From contig OZ249450.1 of assembly GCA_965235115.1 (NCBI GenBank), forward strand, positions 21,824,001 to 21,888,000: DNA of 64,000 nt, given 5' to 3'. The DNA comes from Laetmonice hystrix (lineage: Eukaryota). Position numbers and translations under genes: made by a program. Every line of letters starts with the position of its first letter. The stretch's first letter is position 1. Below the pieces are notes generated by a model. It made no database searches. It saw only the letters and a program-made list of their open reading frames with translations, and was not told the origin of the DNA. Shown piece after piece: positions 12,484 to 25,622 of this stretch.

Positions 12484-12691
12484 CTCTTATGCCGGAAGTC
12501 AAAGCGCCCGACCCGCAAGGACTTGACGTGAAGCAGCACACGCTGACCTATGACCCCACGGAAGACGTATTTGCACAGGAAGTTCTTGTGCACATGCGTG
12601 GACGGAACCCTGGGAGGCTTGATGAGGCGGGGACCATAGTAACCGTCAACAAAATGGCTTCCCTCTGAGGTAAGGTTGCAGGAGTCGGACT
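12484..12691 (-). CDS. CUB-domain protein, exon encoding the first half of CUB domain 1
   Basis: SDSCNLTSEGSHFVDGYYGPRLIKPPRVPSTHVHKNFLCKYVFRGVIGQRVLLHVKSLRVGRFDFRHKR; acceptor TTTCCTTCAG, donor GTACGT; phase 1 to 2, 208 nt. Confidence 0.85.
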
Positions 12692-13258
12692 CTGAAGGAA
12701 ACCAAAACATATACATGTATCCTCCGTCAAAAATGGGTTTCCTAACTTATTGAGGATTGCTTCCATAACAGACGAACCTAAATGACAGAGGTATTTATCA
12801 AGAGATAAATTCACGCTTTCCTTCAACTACGGTAGTCGTCTTCCAAAAAGGGTTGTCTCACAAATGTGGGGAATGTGAGAAAAGTGTTAGAATGTGGACA
12901 AAATTTTCAAAATGTGGGAAATGTGGGACCACTGGGCACCCTGAATTTGTGTCTTGCACATGGACTGGCTTATAAATCCAGCGCTGCTTGGCACTTACAA
13001 TCATCGCAGACCTCCCATTTGGGGGTACAATCAGCCACAAATCCTTTTCAAGGTGAACTGGCCCCATGACCTACGCTTCCCTGCCGTGAGCTTGCCTCTG
13101 ACCTCCCACCGACCCTGCCGTCGACACTTGTTCTCGTCACGCGAGGTCGCGCGTGGTCTCACGAGAAGGCGGCTATTTTACCCCTGACGTAGACAACGTT
13201 TGATTGAGACAAACGGACTGGACACATGACACCGCTGTCACGGAGGTTTTCATATTGC

Positions 13259-13484
13259 CTCACCAAGCAACACCGCCGGATAGCCTGTCTCACCAAGCAA
13301 CACCGCCGGATAGCCTGTCTCACCAAGCAACACCGCCGGATAGCCTGTCTCACCAAGCAACACCGCCGGATAGCCTGTCTCACCAAGCAACACCGCCGGA
13401 TAGCCTGTCTCACCAAGCAACACCGCCGGATAGCCTGTCTCACCAAGCAACACCGCCGGATAGCCTGTCTCACCAAGCAACACC
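13259..13484. repeat. 30-bp minisatellite, 7 perfect copies plus a partial copy
   Basis: CACCAAGCAACACCGCCGGATAGCCTGTCT repeated exactly over 13261-13470. Confidence 0.97.
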
Positions 13485-13518
13485 ACCCGGGAACCTGTAC
13501 GGAGCAATGAGTGGTTTC

Positions 13519-13597
13519 GTGAGTTAATTTGGAGTTTGATGCCCGATCGGCAGTATTTCAGCCATATTGAGGGCGAGAGTAAACCATACTTGTTCAC
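13519..13597 (-). mobile_element. SINE/LINE-tail-like repeat, 3' portion (family shared with 1071-1212)
   Basis: Reverse complement GTGAACAAGTATGGTTTACTCTCGCCCTCAATATGGCTGAAATACTGCCGATCGGGCATCAAACTCCAAATTAACTCAC aligns by eye with the plus-strand copy near 1.1 kb. Confidence 0.5.
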
Positions 13598-15396
13598 TTG
13601 GCGAGATGAGGGTGTAACTCGGCGATAAGTGGACACAACTCTTCTAAAGGGATCTAGCAATAGAACCCGTACCCCGTCAGTGGGCTCAATCTGCGGCAAG
13701 GATTAAAATCAGTTGTCTCTTAATGGGTTATCGTGTGTTCTCCAGACGCCAGATCTTCGAACGGTAGGACTTGGACCAACTGCCTCTAGGATCAGTTCCC
13801 CTTTTTAGGCACTCTCAATTTTTTGTTATTCTCTGCTCAATGTCCAGACACACTCTAGCCCCAGAATCTGATTCCTCCGTGATCATCTCAGGTGCCATCG
13901 GTCGCTGGAACAGCTCACATTACACAGAGTCAGAGTATTTTGACCCAAGCTTCTAATTCCCGATTCTATGTGGCAGTCTAAGCTAACTATTGTGATATGT
14001 ATTGAATCGTTTGTTATGTATCGTGATACGTATCGTATCGTGGCACGACTGCTTCATTGCCCCATGAGACCTTAGTCATGGATTATCGGGGATAATCCTG
14101 GATTACTTCACCTTATTAGAAAGTCGAGACAATTCAGCGAATGTAATCCCTTCCGTACGCCCATCCTCTTCCATTACAACGAACCCAGAATCAATCCAAT
14201 CATACCTCAGGAACGACCTTGAACTTGGGCGTTCCCCAGGAAGATTAGTCGAGATTAGTTGTAGGATTTACGTCCTTATCTAATCCGTTCTCACAGAGAG
14301 GGTTCGCTGACAGATAGTCAGGCTGGTTGGGCTTAACTTCAATACCTTAGAATATTCATCTATTGCCGGAGGTACCGCAAACTGGGTTTTGGTTTGACTT
14401 CAGCTTTTAATTCGTACTTTAATGATCATATCCACACACAAACAGAACACATCTATAAGAGCTCAAGGCTGGTAAATTGTCTAGCTGCCCGAAAAGGAAA
14501 TTATATTATCTATAAAGGTTTAATCAGGTGGTTCAAACAATGAAAACGTTTGTTGTACCGGGACGTATCAGAAGAGCTGTGCCTGCCGCCTGTCCGACCT
14601 CCACCAAGGAACTGCTCAGAACCTCTTTGACCGCATTCCCTGAAACCTATTGTATGGACCTCCCCCGGTGTCCTCTACATCACACATTAACTACACCGCA
14701 TTACCAACACCTCCAAGTTTTGAAATGTACATTGTCGAAGTAATTAATACATGACTGAAGTGGTCTCGATCTCCAATATAACTGTGCTAACCGAAGGAGT
14801 AGTTCGATCCGTCTTCTACCACAGTGCGGGTGGTCCCTCCTGAACACGACCAATTATATTTGACCTTTCCCCACTGAGTAACCACCCGTTGTTGGCGGGT
14901 TCTCTCCAGGTTGATTACCCCCCACCACCCCCGCGATCCACCCACCCTCTCACCCACCCCACCGCCCGTAGTTTCTTTCATCAGCCATGATACCTTATCA
15001 TGGCCAATTGGCCGACCCCGCTCAGCCGCCGGATTTCGGATCGCGTTATTAGGTTTCCCTCCGCCACACATCGATCCGTGTCCTTTCTGCCAAGCCTCCT
15101 GCCTGAAGACCTTCAGAATGGATTGAGTACCGCTCGGCGCCCAGTGTTCAGGGGTGGGAAGTTCTGGTTCTGGAGGGGTCGCCCTTTCCCAGGCATGGCT
15201 CCGTCGAGATGTGTCACCCTTTGGCCGGCTATAACCTTGCTCATCGCCAGATAACCAGACATAGGCTGGTCAGGATCGCGGAGACACCAAGGAAATCGAT
15301 GAGAGCGTTTAGTGTCCAGGATAAAACACCCGCCCCTCTCACAGCCACTAACCCCGCCGGTTACCTTCCCTGGGTGGGGCACGTAAACCACACTGT

Positions 15397-18300
15397 AAGG
15401 GCGCGGTCCACTGTCCCGATCGTGCCCGATCGGATCGGCACCGATCACTGCAAGGATCGGCCCCCAAATCGTACCCGATTACTTGAAACCGATCCTAACG
15501 TCCACTGTCCCGAGTGATCGGTAGATTGAAATCGACCCCGGTTGAAATCGGTACCAATTCAGGGGGCGGATCCAGCTTTTTCAAGTAGGGGGTCCAACGT
15601 TTCTAGGGGCGCCACAGGCGTGACTGTATACGAGCGCCGAAGGCGCGAAGTCCGCAAGCGCCCAAGGTGCGAAGCCTTGCTAGGGGGGTCCGAGGGCATG
15701 CCCCCCGGAAAATTTTGAAATTCAAGGTGTAATTTGGTGAAATCCGATGCATTTTGGAGCACAAAATAAGCTTTTCAATGACCGATGTCAAAATTCTGAA
15801 GTAGGCATCAGCTGGCGGATCCAGGATTTGGTTAAGGGGGCGCAAATTTTGTTAAGGGGGGGGGGGTGCAAAAATTCAATCACAGACAATTTCATTATGC
15901 ATATATTCATTTCCTCCAATAAAACGGTAACTCACATCAACACTGCATGGGGGAGGGGGGGGGGTCCTGGCCCGGGCCCCTGGGCCCCCCTAAATTTTCC
16001 TCTTTTTTGGAGGGGACTAAGATGCTCCTGACACCAGCATTCCAACAACATTATTTTAAAAAGCCTCCTGTACGTGATAGTAGGCTAACATCGGGCCCCC
16101 GAAAAAGGGCCTCGAGCCTCAAGTCCAACAGCAACACAACCTTGTCTCTAGGTATGAAAAAAAAGGTATTTTTTATCTTGCGACGGCCAGAAGGGGGCGC
16201 GCCCCTGCGCCCCCTTGGCGCGCCCCTGCGCCCCCTTGGCGCGCCCCTGCGCCCGCCACTGCATGATGGGCCTACAATGCTGTCGCCTATTTTAGAGTTT
16301 GCTGCATGTGGGTGTGGTGTCCGAATTCATGATCGGCAGGAGAGGCGCCATGATCGGCAGGAGGGGCGCCATGAAATTTTAGGGGGGGGGGGTCCGGACC
16401 CCATGTGACCCCCTGGATCCGCCAGTGTGATCCAGCAATGTTTTAGGGGGGCTAACCATCGAGCAAAAACATAAAAAAGCCAGTAAAGGCCTAAAATATA
16501 TGATAAATATGATCATAGTTCACTGGGGGATCCAGGGGGGTCAAGGGGCCCGGCCCCCCTTAAATTTTCCTTTCCCTCCCCTTTTTTATGAAGATGCATT
16601 ATTCGGACCCTGAAACCAGGATTACAACAAAATGCTTTTAAAAAAGCCTCCTATAGTGTACCTGATAGTAACATCGGGCCCAAAAGGGGCTCCTCAGTCG
16701 TCCAGCAGCAACATAACTCAGGGCCATGCAACGACCTGTCTGCAACTACCTGTCTGCAACGACCTGTCTGCACCGATCACGTGATCACCTGACCTGACTT
16801 TGAGTTTGACTTGGACCTAGTTGGTCACCCCCCCCCCCCCCCCTGCGCCGACGACACCCACCACCTCCTCTGAGTCTGAATTTCCTGATCTTCCTAACTT
16901 CAGTTATTTTTTGCTCCAAAATGCACCAGATGTCACCAAAATACACCTTAAATTCCAAAAATTTCTGGGGCCCATGACCTTGAACCTGCCTAGGCCTATA
17001 TTTTGTGTCTGCGGGGCTTGTGCGCTTCGCGCCTATAGCTATGCATGGCGCTGGGGGACTGTAATGAGGGGTGGGGGGCGGGTGTCCCCTGCATTCCTGT
17101 TTCCTAAATATTGACAGCCAAGGCCATAGCTAGCGGAGGGGGGGGCAGTTTCCCCTTGTAACCCCCCCCCCCCCCCCCCACTGGGCCCCCCGCCCCGAAA
17201 ATTGTCATAGTAGGCCTAATTTGACTGCAAACTGGCTGGGATCGTCGGTGGTATCATCGAAAGTGACCCAGCAGGCTTTTCATTTCTATCAGAAAAGTGG
17301 TCTCCAGATGCCGGGAAATAAGGGGGGGGGGGGGGTGCCTTCCATATTAATTTTGGGAGGGAGGGCCCCCGGACTCCAAGCCGCAGGAACGGCTCACACC
17401 TTTGGCGCCCGCAGAATTTTATCTTACCTTTATCTCTGCAGCCCCCTTTCGCAAATGCCTGGATCAGCCCCCCCCCCCCCTCCCCAATATCTTGTTCATT
17501 ACATAAATATGCAGAGTATTCGAAATCCCATGCAGGGACGGATCCAGGTTGGCGCCAAATTGGGGGGGGGGGTTGTGACTGCCAAGAAGGGGTATAGACT
17601 CTATGCTTGGTTTTAACGTTACGTCATTGGGGGGGGGGGGGGGCTTGCATGTTCTATTATTTACGTGCAAAAGACGTCTTCACCAGATTTTTATCTGGCG
17701 CACTGCCACAGGCGGATTTAGCGGGAGGGGGTGGCAGCACGCTCCCCTGTTCATTAAAAAAACTTTTTTTTAGCAATAGGCCCTCGGCCTAACTAAGATA
17801 ACACCTTGCATTTCGTTCTCAGATGCCAGGGAAACACGGCACTTTAATTTTCTCTTTTTTTCAGACCCCTCTCCCCCACTCAAAGCTTCGCGTCTTCAGC
17901 GCTCGCATCGGGGGGGGGGGGCTTCCCCAAATTCCTGAATCCGCCCCTGACTGCCCTACTCAGAACGTTCGAAGCTGGGTAGGCTATGATTCAGCCTTGA
18001 TCATCACGGCCCTCTGCAGGCATACACCGCGAAGAGGGCCTTGGTTTCTGTTTGCGAACCTCTTGCTCCCTCCCTTCCCCATTGTTTTGGCGACGTTGGT
18101 AAGCACCTTTACCGCCCAAATTAGGCCACCTAGACAGAGAAAACCGATGGCAAAAATATCCCTTCTTCTCCATAATGCGGCAGTGGTGGATCCAGGGGGG
18201 GGGGACTGTCGGCGACGTCCGGACCCCCCCCCCCCCTCAAATTTGCCAAATTAATTTTTTTATAACCAAAATGCCTTTTGTTTTTACAACGGACCCCCCC

Positions 18301-18694
18301 TCGATTTGCCCTTTTTATGCTGGACCCCTAGGACCCCCCCCCCCCCCCCGATTATAGACCCTAGATCCGCCCCTGAATACGCACCCCCCCCCCCCCCAAA
18401 AAAAAAAAAAAAAAAAAAAAAAAACATGGCTCCGGCCTGCCGTACGTCAGACCACTGAGCCATCTAGCGGTGGTTGTAGATACCATCGGTCGGGCCCGAT
18501 TGTAGGATCGGCCCCGACCACATTAAACCGTGTTAAAGCGATCGGGCCTGTGAAATCATCGGATCCGATCATCTTACATCGGGAACGATCCTTACGTCCA
18601 CTATAACGATCGATCGGGGGTAACAAACGATCGCCCCCGATCAGATCGTAGGTCGAGATCGGGCCCGATGATCGGGACAGTGGACCGCGCCCTT
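15397..18694. mobile_element. 3.3-kb composite non-autonomous TIR element (Harbinger/PIF-like ends) enclosing a MITE nest
   Basis: Perfect 25-bp TIR AAGGGCGCGGTCCACTGTCCCGATC at 15397-15421 and its reverse complement at 18670-18694; CGATC/GATCG-rich subterminal zones (~15397-15555 and ~18480-18694); TA-containing flanks; no transposase ORF. Confidence 0.75.
15560..18440. mobile_element. Nest of about ten or more hAT-like CAG..GGCGGATCC / GGATCCGCC..CTG poly-G/C MITEs and fragments
   Basis: Left ends at 15560, 15809, ~17532, 17707, 18181; right ends at 16261, 16427, 17949, 18375; two nearly complete examples 17707-17949 and 18181-18375; long G/C homopolymers. Confidence 0.75.
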
Positions 18695-18719
18695 TAGGCG
18701 ACGCTATATTTCGACTTAA

Positions 18720-18988
18720 AGGGGCACCGTACAGACCTTTCTAAACCGTTAGCTTGCCTTAAAAGTCTAGGTGGCGGCCTCTAGTGACTACGAAGGTTCA
18801 TCGTTTCTCATTGATTCCTGTGTGTTGTTGAATATATCTGACCTTGAAGTAGACCTTGACTGTGGGGAAACGTACTAAAACTGCAATGCTGGGGGTTTTC
18901 CTGCTGCCTCCTGGTGATAGACAACAACCGTTGCATAATATTATCCACTAGGTGGCTCATGATGTGAGAAAGCCTATACCGTGCCCCT
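18720..18988. mobile_element. Kolobok-like MITE (TTAA TSD)
   Basis: TTAA|AGGGGCACCGTA ... TACCGTGCCCCT|TTAA, TIR 11 of 12. Confidence 0.75.
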
Positions 18989-19301
18989 TTAATTTGGGGT
19001 TATAAGATCTTGGATCCAGGCGACGACAGTTCAATGCCAATGAAAATCAATACGAAACGAACGCAATTGCCCAGAAGGGTTATTACATCACGAGCTGGGA
19101 CAGCTTGGGGGCCACTACAGTATATAAAGAGTAGGGACTATGGATGCAGTAGTCCCAGTACCAAATACTATTAAAGAACAAATTGGTGAAACTTTTACGA
19201 CACACTCTTAAAGACGTTTCCGTGACTTGAATAACTGTGACTGTATACATCAGTATAGTATCAGTAGTTACTGACTTTGAAGAACACAAGTCAAAGTTTC
19301 T

Positions 19302-19430
19302 NNNNNNNNNNNNNNNNNNNNNNNNNNNNNNNNNNNNNNNNNNNNNNNNNNNNNNNNNNNNNNNNNNNNNNNNNNNNNNNNNNNNNNNNNNNNNNNNNNN
19401 NNNNNNNNNNNNNNNNNNNNNNNNNNNNNN
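19302..19430. other. Assembly gap (N run)
   Basis: 129 Ns. Confidence 0.99.
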
Positions 19431-21597
19431 ATATGAGCTCACTGTCAGGCATTGGCAACAGTAATTATGTGTATACGCTGCACCTACCATCCTGGGTTTA
19501 TTGGCCCTATATTCAACGGTACATATGACACGGCATGACTCATAGGACCTATTAGATCCAAAAATTCCAAAATCGATAGGGTAAAATAACTGAACGGAGC
19601 TTACTGCCTTGAGAAACAAGAACGGAAGGCAGTTGTTACCACCCAAATCACACAAGAGAGCCATATAAGTCTATTCTGGCTGCTCACGGGTCCAGGACTA
19701 TCTTAAGTACACGGTGCTTGCAGTTATCAGACTTGTGCCAAACTTGACGTTGTGCGTGCTTGAGCATTCCCAACCGTATGGGCATCTAGTACAATAGGCT
19801 CGTGTTGTCCGCTGATAAAGGAGACACACACAGGAGAAACATGAACCTCTGCTCCTGGCACACTGGAGGGTTGGGAGTCAAAGTCATTAAACCCAACATG
19901 ACAACTTCGGTTTCAACTGCTTCTTCGTTTGGACTAGAGGAAAAGTTTTATAAGTTATATCAACGAGTATAGAACTCTATACTCGTTGGTTATATTATAA
20001 CCACCCGTTTCACATATTATGCCGCTCAAAGAGGATGTGAACTCAGAGGTGAAAGCCCCTGTGGTGACGAGCTGGAACCTAAAACTACTGAGCCACCGCG
20101 GCCACCTCAACCGCGGCCGAAACAGTGCAGAACGTTTACAGTGGGTACAAAAGAAAATGAACAAGGCGCTGAAAAAAGTGAACAGAGCCTAATCTTTGTC
20201 ATGATTATAATCAAAGTATAGTAAGATGTAGCCAATCAAAATTAATATCAACCCATCCCTCATTAAATCCGATTCAAATCATACCGCACAAAGCCATTGA
20301 AACACAATCCGCCGTACTAATCGATTGTACCCCCTAGGTAGTCAGTAGTCAGTCCCCCGCCGAGAGAACCAACTCCTCTTGTTACAAGCTGGCATGCCAA
20401 CGCCCACTGTTCTCCCCCACGAGATCAATAGAAGAACATGGGTTGGGATCATTAATCATACGTTTATATTGATATCACAACTCAGCAGGTCCGTATGACG
20501 GATCGTACTATCGCATGCTCTGTAAACAAACCTCCCTCTGAATCCATACCACCACCCCGGAGATATTCATAATCACCATTGAGAAAAACTATTGTCGTCA
20601 CTCCCATCAATACGATCGACGTTCTGCAATCAATGAATACTTTTTGTGATATATTACACTCGTGATGGAAAGAGAAACATTGGTGTCTGCGCCTTCACTT
20701 TGAGAGTTATGCCTGTATGCTTGACCACTGGCTCACCAGAGGTGACAGTCCAGGGGATCTTAACACACCCCTTTGCACAATCTGATTGCCCTTATTGGAC
20801 CTATACCCGACCCTTAAATTGTTTCTCTCTGACCCCCCTGGTCTTCTGAAATCATGTTTAACCTAAAAGGCTCATCCACAGATACAACACTAGAATTACG
20901 CAAAGGGAAGTCGCTATAAAGTGTAGAGAGGCACAAGGCAGAGGCAGTGCCTTTTATCTAAATACAACGAGTCTAAGTCTTGACAGAGTTATGGCCAGAC
21001 ATCACAGAGCCAACCTTTTGTTGACAGCCATGTAAGCCTATATGCCGCTGTCCTTGGATACCGTCAATGACACTAAGCATCGATACCGTTTGATAATAAC
21101 CAGTCAAATCATCGGGACCATTCCGAGTTTTCGTACATCGCAAGGAGATATATAATTCCGGCAACACTTTAAAATTCATTGATTTATCGCAACTCTTTGC
21201 TATGCAATTTACGCGGTGCTGCACGTAAGAGAACACTTGCCACTTATTGATCAGAGCAGGACATTGGTCGGATGTGCGTGAGGTCTCCTGTATGATCTCT
21301 ACATCATCGTCATCATACCACATCATCATCCTTGCCATCCCACAACATCAACATCATCGCCACCGTGAGACAGAAAACATGAAAACCTTGTTCCCATCCC
21401 ACAGATGGCCAACAGTTGGCGAGAACGTAAAACCACCAACCCGCCACACTCTAACACCTTTACAAAAAGGTCGTTCGACTGATTCAATTGTTTACGGTAG
21501 GCAAGCTTTCCAGCTTGTGTTCGGTATTTTCTCCTGAAAGTTGAAAGCTAAGGTATATATATCACACGGCTAACCTGCCTTTCTCTCAATTCTCTTT

Positions 21598-21876
21598 NNN
21601 NNNNNNNNNNNNNNNNNNNNNNNNNNNNNNNNNNNNNNNNNNNNNNNNNNNNNNNNNNNNNNNNNNNNNNNNNNNNNNNNNNNNNNNNNNNNNNNNNNNN
21701 NNNNNNNNNNNNNNNNNNNNNNNNNNNNNNNNNNNNNNNNNNNNNNNNNNNNNNNNNNNNNNNNNNNNNNNNNNNNNNNNNNNNNNNNNNNNNNNNNNNN
21801 NNNNNNNNNNNNNNNNNNNNNNNNNNNNNNNNNNNNNNNNNNNNNNNNNNNNNNNNNNNNNNNNNNNNNNNNNNNN
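21598..21876. other. Assembly gap (N run)
   Basis: 279 Ns. Confidence 0.99.
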
Positions 21877-24800
21877 GGGTTGGATTCTGCCGCGTTGATA
21901 TACCAGTCTGCACGTCACGTGACCATGGACCCACCAACCCGCCGGTTCCGGAACCTGCCGGCTCGCCTGTCATTAGAACGACAGACAATTTCCGGTGCCG
22001 GGCCCTGGGACCGGGATTAACCGGTCAACCAAAATAATTGTCCGATTTGGTTTCAAGGTCACCTTCAGTCAATCGGTGGAGGGCGACACTTATCCAAGAT
22101 AATAATCAACGCGGATAAACACAACTCGAACCAATAAAAATGGCCACCACATCTCAACACATAATATTAGGGAAAATCTCAAATACTTCCAGCCAGGTCC
22201 CCGTAGTTTTGGGGTTAGTGTCTCATTTCATCATCATCACCAGACAGAAAAAAAAGATAAATGATCAAGTCTTGTTCCCATGCATCTTGAAGATGACCAA
22301 CAGTTGCCGAAAGGATGTAAGAACGCCAATGCAGCACCAGCATTCTGTACTTTTAAAAAATAATTGTCTAATTTGGGCACGTAGGTAAAAGCATGTGTGC
22401 AGGCACGATATATATTCTGTATAGGTTCATTGTCACTGAATCACTTGGTAAACATCTATAAGTCTATAGCCATAAATAAATAAAATCAATGAACAAGCTT
22501 CCCAACATATCAAACAAGATATGCAATATAGTATCAGACATCATAATATGGAAAAACATCTTAGGCTTCACACCGTAGAATGTCATTTTCAGACACTGAC
22601 GCTTGAGAAATAAAAGATCTCGATTCTCTGGTCGTAAAGATGAAGCAGACAAAGGGAGAATATTCTCTGGAGACTGGCACCGAAATGTTTGGTTTCTTTG
22701 TGCGAGTTTCGTGGTACGGCCTCATGAAGCCTTGAATGGGCACCCAGCACGTGATTCCTCGATATCTACGGCACATGGGAGGGGACGGGGGGTGGGTGCA
22801 GACAGCAAAGAGCTCTCTGTGTTCTGTGCTTGGTGTTTGTAAGTATTCCCTATATGGCCACCTGAACCGCCAGACCACAGCTATAGCTTCGGATATACCA
22901 CAGCTTGGTGTAATACAAAAATTAATTGGATTAACTTTTCGCGGCCGACCCATTTTTATTCCTCGACTCAAAAAAAAATCGATATTTAACAGATGTAAAG
23001 GTATACCACTGATGAAAATGAAACATCTTCCTTCTATATCCAAGTGAGAGAAAAATATCTTTCCATCCAATAACGCAAATGTCATTAATAAAAACAAACC
23101 AGCACAGGCCTGTACGTGTCTCCTGAATCTGTAGCGCCACCTATACAATGAATGGGGAAACGAAATCTCTAACTACGGACCTCTATGGAATAAAGACCGA
23201 TGTCACCTGCTGTAATTCCGGCAAATCTTGTTAAACCGCCAACATGGCAGATGTTCACAATGCTGTAGCTTCCAAAGGCCCCAAGAGTATAGAGGAAGTA
23301 CAGTCGCAGTATATGACGACCCCCCCCCCCCCACCTCCGCCAATGCTGGCATCAGCACGCTAAATATCCACGTTAACAGCACTAACAACAGATGAAAAAT
23401 GAATCATGTTATCAATAGAGATTTCGTATTCCATTAGTAAACCATGTGTCTGCTCTCCTTTCCACGACGAGACTCGTACAGCAACATTTGTATCGAGCTT
23501 CAGATTTCTGCCTACAGCCAAGAGTTTCTCCATGTTTGGAGTATGCATGATACACATCCAATACTGGAATCATATAACCAGCTCGGCACGGGAGGAAAGG
23601 AGTCCAAACAAGACAACATGCAATGAGATAACTATCACAAAGCAATATCACGAATATTACATACAGCACTGCACAACAGTATTGACTACATTCTGGCATT
23701 ATGTTTTATACTGACAAAAGTACGAGTCCTCCGTGCCATCATAACGTATTTGTACTATCTCTACGCGTCCCTACCCATCTCCGGAGTACAGGAATGTTGA
23801 GCACACACTCTACCAGTAACCCGATATCACCCCCTCCCTTCTCATCTCTTTAGTATTGTGGCCAACAAACGGTCCTGGCTGTCTTGTCTTTTTGTAATAC
23901 CGATTACTTGACGTTCCTCCCAGCCTCGGCAGTCTAATAACAATAGGCAGCATTGTTCTAGTGTCCTCTGTTCTTACTGTATGGTACAGCTGATTTAGCG
24001 TCTTACTTCTCCATGAATATTCATATTGTGCGGCATACAGTGTGGCAGCTGTATGTAAAGTATTAAGTACATTATTCGAGTGTAGAATAATACAACACGT
24101 TCTGCATAATTACCAGGCTCCACGCTCGGGGAGTGGTTTAAGTTGTTACTAAGCGACGGTGCCTCTGCTTGTTGTGGACTTAATCCAATACATGCTTTCA
24201 TTATGGATACTTTCCTGTGTTCCACGCCAGCTATTATAAAAAGCAGCGATTTTTAAAGCGTCACTTTCACCAATATTGAAGGTGTTGTATAGATGTGTTT
24301 CATTTAGTAGTTGGAAAAATACTGCTATTTCCTTTTAGTCACCGGTGGAAATTTTTTCTACCCTTAAAGGTGCGATTCGATGCGACCTAACAACATGTCT
24401 ACAGCATTCACCCTAGAACATCAGAAAGTCATGATCAGAAAGTCAACTCGGTGACCTTGTGGTGTCAATGTCTGCATCAATAGGTTAATCAATCCCATAA
24501 TATTGCAACTAATCCATCTGCATATAAATTCAGCGTAAACCCTACCTAGTGTCATGCATTATCTAATTTTCACCGCAAGTTTCCCTTTAAGACGTTTTGG
24601 ACCAGTTTGATATCCATTCAATGTATACAGTCAATAGCAGTGGGAGATGAACTCCCCGTCTCATATTTCACCAAATGGCCTGTACAGGATACCGAGCGTA
24701 TGTCTGAGCGACCTGCGGTCTGACAGTGGTAGGATTATATGGCTGGTTATAACAGAAGTGATCATGACTTGTGATTGGGACGGCAGCCAGGACTGTGCCT

Positions 24801-25274
24801 GTGGTGGATTGTGTGGTCGGTGGAGCTATAGGATCCTGGCAGTGACGTGGTGCGGTTAATGAAGGTTGATCGATCCCCGCCAGCGATGACAGCCTATACC
24901 CCCCGGCACCCTGCCCGTACCCCGCTGGGTTGGGGGTTCACGTTGGGGGTTGGTAGGGGTGGGGGGTCCCTTCACTGTACCAGTGGCGTGAACAAGGTGT
25001 GAACCCCCGCGCGCGGGGCCGTTGCGTAAATTCCGCTCGCTAAAATGAGCGGGAATTTAGGCAACGGCCATGGATCATCTAAAATATTGTGGGGATTATA
25101 ATGCCGACATTGAGATCACCGCTATAACAGGGAGATTCTCCCTGGTGACATCTCCACGAAGGGTTCTTTGTTCACAGGAAGAACTAACCCCCTAACACTA
25201 AAATTAAGACCATGCTTAAGCTTGAGCTTAACGTTTCTGATTGTCTAAGCAGACCAGCCAATCAGAAGCGTTAA

Positions 25275-25622
25275 ATTGCTACAGACAACACAATTAACAT
25301 GAAATGTTGTACCAGATCACGATAATACTTGTATTTTATATTATTTCTCGTTGTTCTGTAAAGGAACGGTTGTTGTACAACAACGTGAACTGTCTGTAAT
25401 CCGTGATCAAAATGACCAATTCCCATGCACACGTCACTTCCGGTGTTCGGCCATGAGCAGTTAAGAGCGAGACTGCATGGCACGTGATTCAAATTGTCAA
25501 TTTTTTTTAAAACGTTACTTTCTAAGAGAATTTATCAGAAAAACCTATCCCGGACACGTCTACAACTCACAGTCATCTATCTAGATCAGTAAAGGTGCCT
25601 ATGTGATGTCTGTAGCAAGATC
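25275..25622. mobile_element. Kolobok-like MITE, diverged relative of 2039-2358
   Basis: TTAA at 25271-25274 and 25623-25626; TIR core TTGCTACAGACA / TGTCTGTAGCAA; shared internal motifs (ACATGAAAT, GACCAATTCCC, AAAACCTATC, CTACAACTCA, CCTATGTGATGTC). Confidence 0.65.

Noticed and set aside
13159-13699. Four overlapping ORFs (94-149 aa) on both strands
   Set aside because: All arise from the 30-bp perfect repeat, which happens to lack stops in four frames; no splice or homology support.
21100-21240. LKFIDLSQLF resembling Polinton DNA polymerase
   Set aside because: Single weak motif in a stop-ridden frame.
19083-21988. ORFs spanning N gaps (also 34333-34608)
   Set aside because: Their length is inflated by Ns. 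The YTV...LRVCRKSF.NLF fragment near 19.2 kb faintly recalls DNA-transposon proteins but is too short to call.
22561-23714. 195-aa ORF and neighbouring ORFs; faint L1/Tx1-like WRNS..WN motif
   Set aside because: No convincing family motif or splice structure.
24647-24700. YFTKWP Gypsy-integrase-like hexapeptide
   Set aside because: Isolated motif; the surrounding frame does not continue as integrase and there are no LTRs.
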